A stretch of DNA of 64,000 nucleotides, taken from positions 32,001 to 96,000 of IMG/VR virus record IMGVR_UViG_3300025120_000017; one strand, written 5' to 3'. The notes beneath the pieces were generated by a model that had not been told where the DNA came from, did no database searches, and saw nothing but the letters and a program-made list of their open reading frames with translations. Origin of the DNA: a virus. Position 1 is the first letter of the stretch. Each line of letters begins with the position of its first letter. This document shows positions 1 through 9,039 of this stretch, one piece after another. The translations under genes were made by a program, and so were the position numbers.

Positions 1-927
1 TTTTCCTATTCTAACATCTCTCCACTGTCCTTTTCGTTTACCTGACATAAATTTTCTAGGCTCCATGATAACTGATCTAACATTATCACCATCATCTCCT
101 GTTAATATTTTAGTAAAGATAATATCAAAAGGATCTTCTACTACTAAATTAATATCATTGCTTTGTGTGAACCCGTTAAATTTATTTCTAATTAATGAAT
201 CGTTTGTTAATAGATATTGTGCAGTGTCATTACACATTACAATTTTCTTTTCAGTTTTCTTATGATGTATAACAAATGATTCACTTACATGATTATGTCC
301 TATTAACTGTTTAAGATCATTATCTCCACTATATATCATAACAGATTTTGCTTTAGCCATGTAGTGAGCAGATATGGCAAATATAAGATCATCACCTTCA
401 CATCCATTAATCTTAACAGTTTTAATACCTACAAGCTCTTTAATATCTTTTAAGAATTCATCAAATATCGAATACACTGCAGACCAATTAAATGATTTGT
501 CTTTTACTCTAGTTCCTTTATAATCTATTGATAATGATGCAATGTCTTGTAAGTGTTTTAATTGTTCAGCTTCAGCATTTTTATATTCTTCAGCAGTTGC
601 AATTACATTTCCTTCTAAATCTAAAAGGTTTCCACTTTTATCTAAATCTGGCTCATATGATGCATATGATTTGTCTTGAAAGAAATCATTTCTCCAAGAG
701 TAATCATCTACTGTAATAATAATTTCATTTATTATATTTGCAGACTTTCTAACATCTGAAGATAAATCCATTGTGAGTTTATGTATTAATGAATTTTTAT
801 CTTTTTCTTGCTTATCTTTATCATCTGTTTTTAAAAACATTGGAGATGTTGTATCAAATGCTCCGCATACTGATAAAGTTTTATGTAAATAGAAGTTTCC
901 ATCTATTAAGTAAGTTAATTTTTTCAT
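1..927 (-). CDS. rnh: RNase H / 5'-3' exonuclease (T4 rnh-like), truncated at window start
   Basis: Not in the ORF track; translated by hand from ATG at 927: MKKLTYLIDGNFYL...VDDYSWR...YKGTR...EGDDLI...SGDNDLKQL...ILTGDDGDNV. These are FEN/5'-nuclease acidic motifs. ATGA overlap with the gp44 stop. Confidence 0.9.
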   Translation of the reverse strand, partial: MKKLTYLIDGNFYLHKTLSVCGAFDTTSPMFLKTDDKDKQEKDKNSLIHKLTMDLSSDVRKSANIINEIIITVDDYSWRNDFFQDKSYASYEPDLDKSGNLLDLEGNVIATAEEYKNAEAEQLKHLQDIASLSIDYKGTRVKDKSFNWSAVYSIFDEFLKDIKELVGIKTVKINGCEGDDLIFAISAHYMAKAKSVMIYSGDNDLKQLIGHNHVSESFVIHHKKTEKKIVMCNDTAQYLLTNDSLIRNKFNGFTQSNDINLVVEDPFDIIFTKILTGDDGDNVRSVIMEPRKFMSGKRKGQWRDVRIGK

Positions 928-1883
928 GAATTTGTTAATTTATGAATGTTAAATACTAATGCTGCTAATGCGTTCATCTTATCAGCAACAAACTGTGACT
1001 TGTACATCCAATCTGCTTGCAGTGATGTGATAGGACCTAATAGCATTATTTTATCGCTTTGTTCTTTATTAATGTAATCGCCTAAATCCTTTCCTAAAGC
1101 CATAATAACATTATCTTCGTTACCTAGATAGTTTTTATAAATATAACTATAAATTTGAAAATATGTTACCTTTTTGATGAAGAACATTTCAAATAATTCT
1201 TTAAATTCTCCTGTAAATTTATCCAAGTCATCTTCGTTAATAACTGTCTTACCTTCAGAGTTAATACTCTGTAAAAAAGTAATGGTACTTCTAAGATCTG
1301 GAAAGTATTCTTTAACTATTTTAAGTATTGCAGGTGGTGTAATTTGTATTCCTTCGTTTTTAGAAATTTTATGAACTCTTATGATATATTGCTTTATTAA
1401 ATCCCTTTCATCTTCTTTACTAAAATTAAAATCAACACAATCAAATCTAGATTTCATATGATCAGGTATCTTAGTGAAATAATTACAGGTTGCAATAAAT
1501 TTAGTAGTTGAGGAAAATTGTTCCATTGCACCTCTCATTGCTTTAAAATAAGAATCTGATGCACCATCAAACTCATCAAGAATTACTATCTTTTCTTTTC
1601 TATCTACACCTTCAAAGCTTAATGCAATATTTGAACAAAAATCAGTAATCTTATTTCTAACCGTATCTACACCAGTTTCGATAGAGCAATTTATATACAT
1701 AGAGCTTTTACCTTTTGCAATGATACGTGCTAGGCTAGTTTTACCCAACCCTGCTGATCCATGCAGTAGCATATGATTCTGAATTCCATTATTTACCTTA
1801 GTGATAATCCGCTCAGGAAGAATCATATCTTCTATGCTTTGTGGTCTATACTTCTCTACCCAAATGCTATTTTTAATGCTCAT
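924..1883 (-). CDS. gp44: clamp loader AAA+ subunit (gp44/RFC-like)
   Basis: WVEKYRP, Walker A GSAGLGKT, Walker B ILDEFD, TCNY, SRF motif. Confidence 0.95.
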   Translation of the reverse strand: MSIKNSIWVEKYRPQSIEDMILPERIITKVNNGIQNHMLLHGSAGLGKTSLARIIAKGKSSMYINCSIETGVDTVRNKITDFCSNIALSFEGVDRKEKIVILDEFDGASDSYFKAMRGAMEQFSSTTKFIATCNYFTKIPDHMKSRFDCVDFNFSKEDERDLIKQYIIRVHKISKNEGIQITPPAILKIVKEYFPDLRSTITFLQSINSEGKTVINEDDLDKFTGEFKELFEMFFIKKVTYFQIYSYIYKNYLGNEDNVIMALGKDLGDYINKEQSDKIMLLGPITSLQADWMYKSQFVADKMNALAALVFNIHKLTNS

Positions 1884-1901
1884 ATAATGTATTTTTATTT
1901 G

Positions 1902-1930
1902 TTAAATACAATAGATGGTTAATATGTTTT
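1902..1930 (-). promoter_or_regulatory. putative middle-type promoter AAAACA-N17-ATTTAA upstream of gp44
   Basis: Bipartite motif that recurs upstream of several replication genes. Confidence 0.45.
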
Positions 1931-1936
1931 AAAAAA

Positions 1937-2575
1937 ATGAAAGAAATAGCTGAAGTGACTTATATTAAAAATGAATTAAGCCCATCATGGTTTATTGAAA
2001 AACCTATAGATTTTGAATATAAGGTATATCAACTAATGGCGTTTTTAAAGAAATGTGGAAATAATGTAAATAATGGATATTGGTTTCCAGATTTTGAAAT
2101 AATAGAAAAACGATATAAAGACATCGAAAGTTTTAAAGAAAGCTCTGAAATTATTTATGCTAATAAACATGATAAAGAGCTATTTGATTACATCTATGAT
2201 TTACCTAATAACTCTAATGAGTATGCTCAAGTGACTAGGATAGTTGAATTTGGTTATAATGTAATTGGTAATATGTACTATGAGTTAAGAGCTCATATGG
2301 AATATATTATTGCAAATATTAAAATTTTTAATAAAATAAAAAATAAAAGAAAATCTCCTATATATTTTATAGAATCTTGTGATACTGGAATTATAGAAAA
2401 ATATAAAGTAGGAAAATCATCAATTATTAATTTAGGGACGTTTCATTCAAATAATTATAGTTTTTTAAACAATGAAGAAAACTACATACAAATAATTTCA
2501 AATATATCTATAGATGCTGAAAGGTGTTTGATTCCTATTGCTAGGAATCTTATTAAATCGGGAGATTATTTTTAA
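1937..2575 (+). CDS. hypothetical protein, possibly host-derived
   Basis: 212-aa ORF against the main direction. N-terminus WFIEKPIDFEYKVYQLMAFL recalls a conserved Bacteroidota hypothetical family (from memory, unverified). Confidence 0.75.
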   Translation: MKEIAEVTYIKNELSPSWFIEKPIDFEYKVYQLMAFLKKCGNNVNNGYWFPDFEIIEKRYKDIESFKESSEIIYANKHDKELFDYIYDLPNNSNEYAQVTRIVEFGYNVIGNMYYELRAHMEYIIANIKIFNKIKNKRKSPIYFIESCDTGIIEKYKVGKSSIINLGTFHSNNYSFLNNEENYIQIISNISIDAERCLIPIARNLIKSGDYF

Positions 2576-3188
2576 TGCTTTTATATATTCCGCTTATTTT
2601 AGTTTTATCATCAGGGTATATGCTTCTTAAATAGTTTTTATGCCTATTAAGTATTTTATTTAAAATAGCCTTTTCATTATCTTGTTCAAGCTTAAAAAAA
2701 TCTATTATGTTTTTAGAAAACTTTTCACCATATAATGATTTGATATTAGAACTATAATGAAAGCTGCTGTTGCTCTTTAAAAAGTGTAAACTAGTGCATC
2801 TACTGCATATGAAATGCCTAATGTTTCTTGATCCCCATTCTACAAATATTTCAGCTCCACAATTTATACAATTATATTCTGTGCCTGTGCTTATTTTATA
2901 AAAATCATTTTTTGAGACAACTGTCTTTTGATTATATAGTGGAATAAATGAAGGGTATAATGGAAAAAGGCGCTTAGCTTTAGTAGATGATATTTTAGTA
3001 TAAATAGTTTCATTCCATTGAACTAACATATTACAAAACCTATCATCACCATAAAAGGAAGAAAGATATTTATGAGTTGTAAACAAATGTCTTCCATTCT
3101 TAGAAAATTTATTAGTAGATAATCCTTTAAATATTCTATCTACTGCAAACCCTTTCCTATATTTATGCCTTTTAAATTTATGAAGCAC
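2553..3188 (-). CDS. hypothetical protein with CxxC...CxxC zinc ribbon
   Basis: CINC and CSRC pair; basic protein; fills the gap between neighbours. Confidence 0.65.
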   Translation of the reverse strand: MLHKFKRHKYRKGFAVDRIFKGLSTNKFSKNGRHLFTTHKYLSSFYGDDRFCNMLVQWNETIYTKISSTKAKRLFPLYPSFIPLYNQKTVVSKNDFYKISTGTEYNCINCGAEIFVEWGSRNIRHFICSRCTSLHFLKSNSSFHYSSNIKSLYGEKFSKNIIDFFKLEQDNEKAILNKILNRHKNYLRSIYPDDKTKISGIYKSIKNNLPI

Positions 3189-3191
3189 TAA

Positions 3192-4364
3192 TTATGATTT
3201 TAAGAAATGTGATAATGGTTTAATACGAGATTCGCCTAACTTTTTAAGATCCTCTTTTGCTTTCTTTTCATCTTTTTTGAGCTCAGCAATATCTTCCTTA
3301 TTGTCATCAATAAGTTTCTTTTCTTTTTGAATTAATTGTGTAAATTTATCAGTATCTGTTGCTGATTTCTTTTTATCTTCTAATTCTTTAATCTTTTCGT
3401 TAGAAGAATCAATATCCTTTTGTGCTTGTTCAGCTGCATCATTATATCCTTTAATGTCTGCCTCTAATTTACTTCTAGGATCATCATCTTTAGGTTCTTC
3501 TTTAGGTTCTTCTTTAGGTTCTTCATCTTTAGACTCACCATCTTCAGCAGATTTAGTTAAAGGTTCAGTATCTTTAGACTCATCATCTTCAGCAGATTTA
3601 GTTAAAGGTTCAGTATCTTTAGACTCACCATCTTTATCGTCATCTTTAGCAGAATCATCTTCTGCTTTCTTTACTGCGTCTTTTGCATCTTTATTTGTAA
3701 TAGGCTCACCATCATCATCGGTTTTTTGCTTAACCTCTTTTTCAATACTACCAATCTCTGCAGCAATTTCTCCGATTTCTGATTTTATACTAGCAATTTC
3801 AGAATTATATGCTCTTACATTTGCCATAGAAACTTGAAACTTCTTATGTAATTTAAAAAGACTTAGTTGATATTTTAACTTAGCATACTTTTCATATTTT
3901 GAAACTACTGGAGATTCTTTCTTTAGATCATCAAGAGGTTTCTTTACTTTATCATCTATTGATTTAATTGCTGCATCATATGATTTTTTTAATGCAACTC
4001 TTTCTTTATCTTTTATTTCAGATTCTTTATCATTATCACTTATGCTTTTTGACTTTTGTACATAATTTTTTGCTGCTTGGTCATATCCTTTATACTTAGC
4101 TTTAACTAATTTACGGCCTCTTAGAACATTTCTAATGTCTTTAAAAAGACCTTCGTTAATAAACCCGTTAGATTCTAATAAAAGGTCATTAATGCTCATT
4201 TCTATATTAGATTCGCAAAACGTATCAACACCTGCAGGTGCAATAATATACAAATATGCTGCTAGCCACTCTGCTTTAGTATACTTATCATATTCTGGGC
4301 AAGATCTATTCAAGAGAAATGTTTCATTCATTTCTTCATATTGTGATATATTTAAAAGCATCAT
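3192..4364 (-). CDS. coiled-coil/acidic-repeat putative head-associated protein
   Basis: 390-aa ORF with LLE/INE motifs, an acidic repeat linker and C-terminal IKPLSHFLKS. True start may be ATG 4331, downstream of a TAAATATA motif at 4347-4354. Confidence 0.7.
   Translation of the reverse strand: MMLLNISQYEEMNETFLLNRSCPEYDKYTKAEWLAAYLYIIAPAGVDTFCESNIEMSINDLLLESNGFINEGLFKDIRNVLRGRKLVKAKYKGYDQAAKNYVQKSKSISDNDKESEIKDKERVALKKSYDAAIKSIDDKVKKPLDDLKKESPVVSKYEKYAKLKYQLSLFKLHKKFQVSMANVRAYNSEIASIKSEIGEIAAEIGSIEKEVKQKTDDDGEPITNKDAKDAVKKAEDDSAKDDDKDGESKDTEPLTKSAEDDESKDTEPLTKSAEDGESKDEEPKEEPKEEPKDDDPRSKLEADIKGYNDAAEQAQKDIDSSNEKIKELEDKKKSATDTDKFTQLIQKEKKLIDDNKEDIAELKKDEKKAKEDLKKLGESRIKPLSHFLKS
3489..3634. 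repeat. coding tandem repeats: 12-bp x3 (EEPK) and 45-bp x~2.4 (ESKDTEPLTKSAEDx)
   Basis: tttaggttcttc x3, followed by copies of atctttagactcaYcatcttcagcagatttagttaaaggttcagt. Confidence 0.9.
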
Positions 4365-4816
4365 GATTTTCTATTTTGTATTTTTCTATAAACTAATTCA
4401 AATGTAATTGAAAAAATAGTTTTCATTGTTACAAATGATATTACTATATTTAATAAGCTATCAAATAATAAAATTGATTTTGCTAGGAATATTAAACTGA
4501 ATTGAATATTTTGCAGTAGGTGCCAACCATCTGTAAAGCTGACTAATATAGTTGAGCTATATGGAAACCTTTCTATGTACATAGGTTTATGCATTCCTAA
4601 ATAATACCAAGGTTTTTTATAGTTAGGTAATGGCATCTTATTTGAATATGATGTTTTATCTAAATACACTGTTTTATCTATTTTCCATTTCATTTTCCAA
4701 CTACTACTCTTATTCCACCAATTCTTCTTAAATCTGCCTAATGCGCTACTATCTTTTAACGCATTTATAAAACCAATAAGTATTGTGAATATTATTATTA
4801 TGAATATATCTAACAT
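4361..4816 (-). CDS. membrane protein
   Basis: Hydrophobic N-terminus and C-terminal helices; ERFPYSSTILVSFTDGWH motif. Confidence 0.7.
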   Translation of the reverse strand: MLDIFIIIIFTILIGFINALKDSSALGRFKKNWWNKSSSWKMKWKIDKTVYLDKTSYSNKMPLPNYKKPWYYLGMHKPMYIERFPYSSTILVSFTDGWHLLQNIQFSLIFLAKSILLFDSLLNIVISFVTMKTIFSITFELVYRKIQNRKS

Positions 4817-4830
4817 TGTAATGTTTTATT

Positions 4831-5538
4831 TTAATCCCACCAGTATTTATTAATTAATTGAACAAATTTACTTCTATAATTCTGAAATAACTCTATATGC
4901 TCTAATCCCTCTATCTTATCTACTATTTCAAATAACCGTTCACCGCCTGATTTACCTTTATGATCAGCTTGTTTAATATCCATAGTAATAAACATTTTAG
5001 AACCTTCTCCTAGCCTAGTTAATAAGGCATACATAGTATGAGGATCGCATGATTGTCCTTCATCTACAAGAACTACTGCAGTTTCCATAGAATCACCTAA
5101 ATTCCTTCCTCTTAAATAAGGCATAGGTAAAAACACTATCTCTTCCTCATCAATAGCTTTATTAATTCTATTTAGTTTAGAAGCACCGTTACTATAATTT
5201 GCTTTAATAGCATCTAAGAATGGTTGCATATAAACTGCGTTTTTATCCTTTTCAGTTCCAGGGATAGCACCAAATTTAGCAAACTGAGATAATTCTACAG
5301 GCGGTCTTGTGCAATATATTTTTTGGATTTCCCCTCTAAATAATAAATCTAAAGCAACATTCATTGATAGTGTAGACTTTGAAGTCCCTGGACTACCATT
5401 TAATATTGAACACGTAGATGTTAGCATTATAGCTTTAGCTTCCTTTTGTTCTTGAGTAAGAGTAATATCAAACTTAATAGGACTCTTTCTTTTCTTTTTT
5501 GGATGAACTTGTGTTATGCTTTTATTTGAGTGTGACAT
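4831..5538 (-). CDS. phoH: PhoH-family ATPase
   Basis: GSPGTSKS P-loop, TRP, G-x-IPG, YLRGRN, DEGQ, LLTRLGEGSK, D-x-x-Q-x-D. Confidence 0.92.
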   Translation of the reverse strand: MSHSNKSITQVHPKKKRKSPIKFDITLTQEQKEAKAIMLTSTCSILNGSPGTSKSTLSMNVALDLLFRGEIQKIYCTRPPVELSQFAKFGAIPGTEKDKNAVYMQPFLDAIKANYSNGASKLNRINKAIDEEEIVFLPMPYLRGRNLGDSMETAVVLVDEGQSCDPHTMYALLTRLGEGSKMFITMDIKQADHKGKSGGERLFEIVDKIEGLEHIELFQNYRSKFVQLINKYWWD

Positions 5539-5575
5539 AATTATTGATTTTAATATTTATTAATTATATATGCAT

Positions 5576-5607
5576 AAAAAAACGCTAGGAAAAAATCCTA
5601 GCGTTTT
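5576..5607 (-). terminator. intrinsic terminator after major capsid gene
   Basis: Stem ACGCTAGGA / TCCTAGCGT with a U-tract on the minus strand. Confidence 0.85.
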
Positions 5608-5641
5608 ATAAATTATGATCTAAGGGTTAATCCTTTAAGGA

Positions 5642-7327
5642 TTATGCCCAGTATCCATCAACTAAATCGGAAACTCCGAATGTTAAGTACATTGTTTCTG
5701 GGTGGTGACCTGCTCTAACTAATGCATATCTAGATTTGATAGCAATTTTTGGAGCCATAGTACCTTCAGCAATTGTCTCAACAGTATCAGCCATAATATA
5801 AGGCATGAATACTAAACCAGGAGTTTGACCATCACCTTTTCTACCAATAGCAATTCTTGTATCTCCCCATTCCATGTTAGGATCAACATAGATAGCAAGA
5901 CCAGCAAGATTACCAATTGGGTAAAGTGCGCCAGCAACTTGGTTTATTGTATTAGCGATTGGTGCAGCAATAAATCCAGCACAGTCTTGTAAACCTGAAG
6001 CAGTTTGAGCAGAACATACTGCAAACGTAGCAGGTCCTCTTCTTCCTCTAACAGAAACCATATTTGATGCAGCAAGAATTCTTGACATCAATCTTCTCTG
6101 TCTAGTTGAAAGGTTTTCAGCACCTGTGTTAACTGCATCAACTTGAGTAACTGAAGTACCTGCGCCAAAATACATAAATGATGGAGTTGAAACCTGAGCT
6201 TCTGTACCTACAGTTAATGTTGCAGCAGTAGCACCTAATACTAAGTGAAGTGATACACCAGATGTTGCAGTGATGTTAGCGTGATTAATTTTACCTAGGT
6301 CAAAAATGTTTCCTAAGATATCCTTATTCACGTTTTGAGTTAATTCATTTGCTAAGATTTGGTTTACTTGAGCAACAGCATCAATACCAAACTGCTTTAA
6401 ATCCTGAACTTGCTCTCTTGTTACAGCTGCAGCAGCTTGAACAGTTTTAGCCTCAACAGATTTACTGAATAATGTAATGTTCATTGTATTATCTGGAGTA
6501 GTTTCTCCTTCTAATCTTGACATTGCATCAGTTGAATCATATCGGTTACTTGAGAATCCTTGAATATGATCTTCTACACCTTTTACTAATTCTGCTTTAG
6601 AAATAATCTTTGTTGTAGCACTTGCACCAGTAACAGCAATTGCAGTTCCACCAACAGCAGTGTTAGCAGGAATAGCATCAGCAACTGAGTAATTTACACC
6701 AGCTGAATCAACCAATACTTCTGGCAATTTGAAAATTGCAAATCCATCAATTCTAGACTGACCTAAGAATGTAACAGATAAAGTACCTGTACCTGTTCCA
6801 GCAGGAATAGTATATGCAGTGTTAGCAGCTACACCTGTATAAACATCAAGTTTAGCTTTAATGAAAATTGGAGAATTTTTACCATCTCCAGCAGTTCCTG
6901 CAGGATATAGTGAATTTTGTGGAACATAACCAGCTTTACCACCAGCATAAACAAAATCCATGTAAGAAAGCATTCCAACAGGACCGTTCATTGGGATAAC
7001 AGGTACTAATTCCAATCCAATAGTTTGTGCAGCAACTTGAATTGCTAATGGAAGTAATGAATAAGGAACATCACCTGAACCTGTATCACCAGTACTCCAT
7101 CCATTACCAGGATTTTCAGGTAATGATACAGCACCCATACCATTTACAGATGCTTTATGTGCGAAAAAGTTATTTTCATTTAATGAACTGCTAGCTCTCT
7201 GAGCTTCGTAGTTCTCTTGGATTTGCAATGCTTTAGACATCCATCCAAGTTTGTGTGCAGGTACTTCTCCAACAGTTGATTCTACAACTGGCTTCCAAGT
7301 TTGCATCAATTTTGACTCGTTTAACAT
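5642..7327 (-). CDS. gp23: major capsid protein (gp23-like)
   Basis: LVPVIPMNGPVG, SVEAKT, QDLKQFGID, ILANEL, GLVFMPY, GTMAPKIAIKSRYAL; follows protease and portal. Confidence 0.95.
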   Translation of the reverse strand: MLNESKLMQTWKPVVESTVGEVPAHKLGWMSKALQIQENYEAQRASSSLNENNFFAHKASVNGMGAVSLPENPGNGWSTGDTGSGDVPYSLLPLAIQVAAQTIGLELVPVIPMNGPVGMLSYMDFVYAGGKAGYVPQNSLYPAGTAGDGKNSPIFIKAKLDVYTGVAANTAYTIPAGTGTGTLSVTFLGQSRIDGFAIFKLPEVLVDSAGVNYSVADAIPANTAVGGTAIAVTGASATTKIISKAELVKGVEDHIQGFSSNRYDSTDAMSRLEGETTPDNTMNITLFSKSVEAKTVQAAAAVTREQVQDLKQFGIDAVAQVNQILANELTQNVNKDILGNIFDLGKINHANITATSGVSLHLVLGATAATLTVGTEAQVSTPSFMYFGAGTSVTQVDAVNTGAENLSTRQRRLMSRILAASNMVSVRGRRGPATFAVCSAQTASGLQDCAGFIAAPIANTINQVAGALYPIGNLAGLAIYVDPNMEWGDTRIAIGRKGDGQTPGLVFMPYIMADTVETIAEGTMAPKIAIKSRYALVRAGHHPETMYLTFGVSDLVDGYWA

Positions 7328-7344
7328 TTTTTTGTTAATTTTTT

Positions 7345-8979
7345 TTAATGATTTGTTTTGAAGTTTTTATTATAGCCTTCAACAATTCTTAGTCTTCTAG
7401 CTGCTATTGCATTTTCTACTTCCTCAGCAGTTTTTTGCACTGGCATCTTTGAAGATTCTTTAATCATTTCAATTGTAGTGTTAGCAAATGTTGCATTCCA
7501 AAATTCTGTAACAGAACTTTCAGTTAGAAATTCACAAATTGTAGCTCTTTTAACAATTGATGATTTTTTAGATTCAGATAATGCTTCCCATAATTCTGTG
7601 TATTTTCCTGGCATCATTGATTTCCAGAAAGGTTCCTCAGTTTTATTAAACTCATTTTCCTCTTTTACTAATTCTTGTTTCTCTTCAGCTTTTTGCTTCT
7701 TAGCATCATCGATAATAGAATCAATTTTTTTATATAATCCAGTTATATATGTTTCAGATAAAGAAACATCAACTTTCTTTTTACGTTTTATTGGATTTTC
7801 TGTAAGTGCGCCTTCTTCTAATTTTGTTACAACATCAGTTGCTTCATCAGACCACTTCTCAATCCCAGTAACAGTTTCAGTAACATGTTCAGACCAATCT
7901 TCGATTCCTGATACAGTTTCAGTAACATGCTCAGACCAATTTTCGATTCCTGATACTGTAGTAGTTGCTTCATCGGACCAATCTTCGATTGCAGTAACAG
8001 TTTCAGTAACATGTTCAGACCAATCTTCGATTCCTGATACAGTTTCAGTAACATGCTCAGACCAATTTTCGATTCCTGATACAGTTTCAGTAACATGCTC
8101 AGACCAATTTTCGATTCCTGTTAGTTTATCTTCAAGAACTTTAATTCTATCAGATTCTGATTTAATTGTAGTGAACTCTTCAACTACATGATTAGACCAA
8201 TCCTCAATACCTTTAATCTTATCATTAATTAAATTTATAGATTCCTGTAATACATTACTATTGATATTATCAGCAATTTCATCATTTTGCTTAATAATTG
8301 CATTTTGTGCTTTCTGTAATTTATCAAGGTTTTCTTTAAGAGAATCAATAGTTTCTTTAGTGTATTTTGTAAATCCGTTAAGATCATCTTCAGATATAAA
8401 CTTCTGGTTATCTATTACAGGCTTCTTAGATAATTTAGATTCTGCAACTTCATACATAAAAAAGTTTGAAGATTTTGCATTTTCAATACCATAAGATTCG
8501 TTAACTGTATTTAATACTGCATTTTCAAATCCAGGGTCTGCAACTAAATCATATGTAAATAATTTATGAATCTTTACAGACTTATCTTCAGTTACTGTAC
8601 CTGCAGCTCTTGATGATATATGAAGAGGTACTCCTGCATCAACTAATGCCTTTGCATTTTTTCCTGCATCTGTATCAAGTAACTTTATTCTACCGTATAC
8701 TTTATTATCTTTTTCATCAAACCAAATTTTCTCTATAACATGAGAAGAATTTTTTAAGCTTGTTTCAAAAACCTTAGGGTGATCTAATTCACCTACAGCT
8801 TTACCTTGCTCAACTACCTTTTGTAATTGTGTTAAGTGAGGTAAAAAACCATCCTTAGTATAAATTCGACCATTTCTATTTTCTTCACCTAACTCAGTAA
8901 ACATACCCTCAAGTGTATAAGGATCAGATGTTTTCCCAATACTGGTTGATGATTTTTCTACTAATAATAATTCTTTCAT
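7345..8979 (-). CDS. gp21: prohead protease fused to scaffold/core domain (gp21+gp22-like)
   Basis: NRNGRIY, GELDHP, ISSRAAG, YDLVADPGF; long C-terminal coiled-coil region with 14-aa repeats. Confidence 0.92.
   Translation of the reverse strand: MKELLLVEKSSTSIGKTSDPYTLEGMFTELGEENRNGRIYTKDGFLPHLTQLQKVVEQGKAVGELDHPKVFETSLKNSSHVIEKIWFDEKDNKVYGRIKLLDTDAGKNAKALVDAGVPLHISSRAAGTVTEDKSVKIHKLFTYDLVADPGFENAVLNTVNESYGIENAKSSNFFMYEVAESKLSKKPVIDNQKFISEDDLNGFTKYTKETIDSLKENLDKLQKAQNAIIKQNDEIADNINSNVLQESINLINDKIKGIEDWSNHVVEEFTTIKSESDRIKVLEDKLTGIENWSEHVTETVSGIENWSEHVTETVSGIEDWSEHVTETVTAIEDWSDEATTTVSGIENWSEHVTETVSGIEDWSEHVTETVTGIEKWSDEATDVVTKLEEGALTENPIKRKKKVDVSLSETYITGLYKKIDSIIDDAKKQKAEEKQELVKEENEFNKTEEPFWKSMMPGKYTELWEALSESKKSSIVKRATICEFLTESSVTEFWNATFANTTIEMIKESSKMPVQKTAEEVENAIAARRLRIVEGYNKNFKTNH
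7825..8118 (-). repeat. 7 x 42-bp in-frame tandem repeat (GIENWSEHVTETVS)
   Basis: Visible in both DNA and protein; includes a duplicated 126-bp higher-order unit. Confidence 0.95.
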
Positions 8980-9039
8980 TTTTATAGAATTTTATTTTAT
9001 TTGTTTTATTTATTTATTTATTTAAGTTGTGTTAACTTC

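Noticed and set aside
5370-5400. PhoH Walker A variant GSPGTSKS as a sign of inactivation
   Set aside because: The Lys-Ser and all other PhoH motifs are intact; one substitution is not enough evidence.
7825-8118. Regular 42-bp repeats as a CRISPR array
   Set aside because: No unique spacers, in frame within the protease gene, and no cas genes nearby.
7478-8191. Long plus-strand ORFs (also 3454-3837, 9605-10141, 34539-35174, 44389-44868 and other short ones)
   Set aside because: Antisense shadows of well-supported minus-strand genes; Ser/Phe-rich composition with no motifs.
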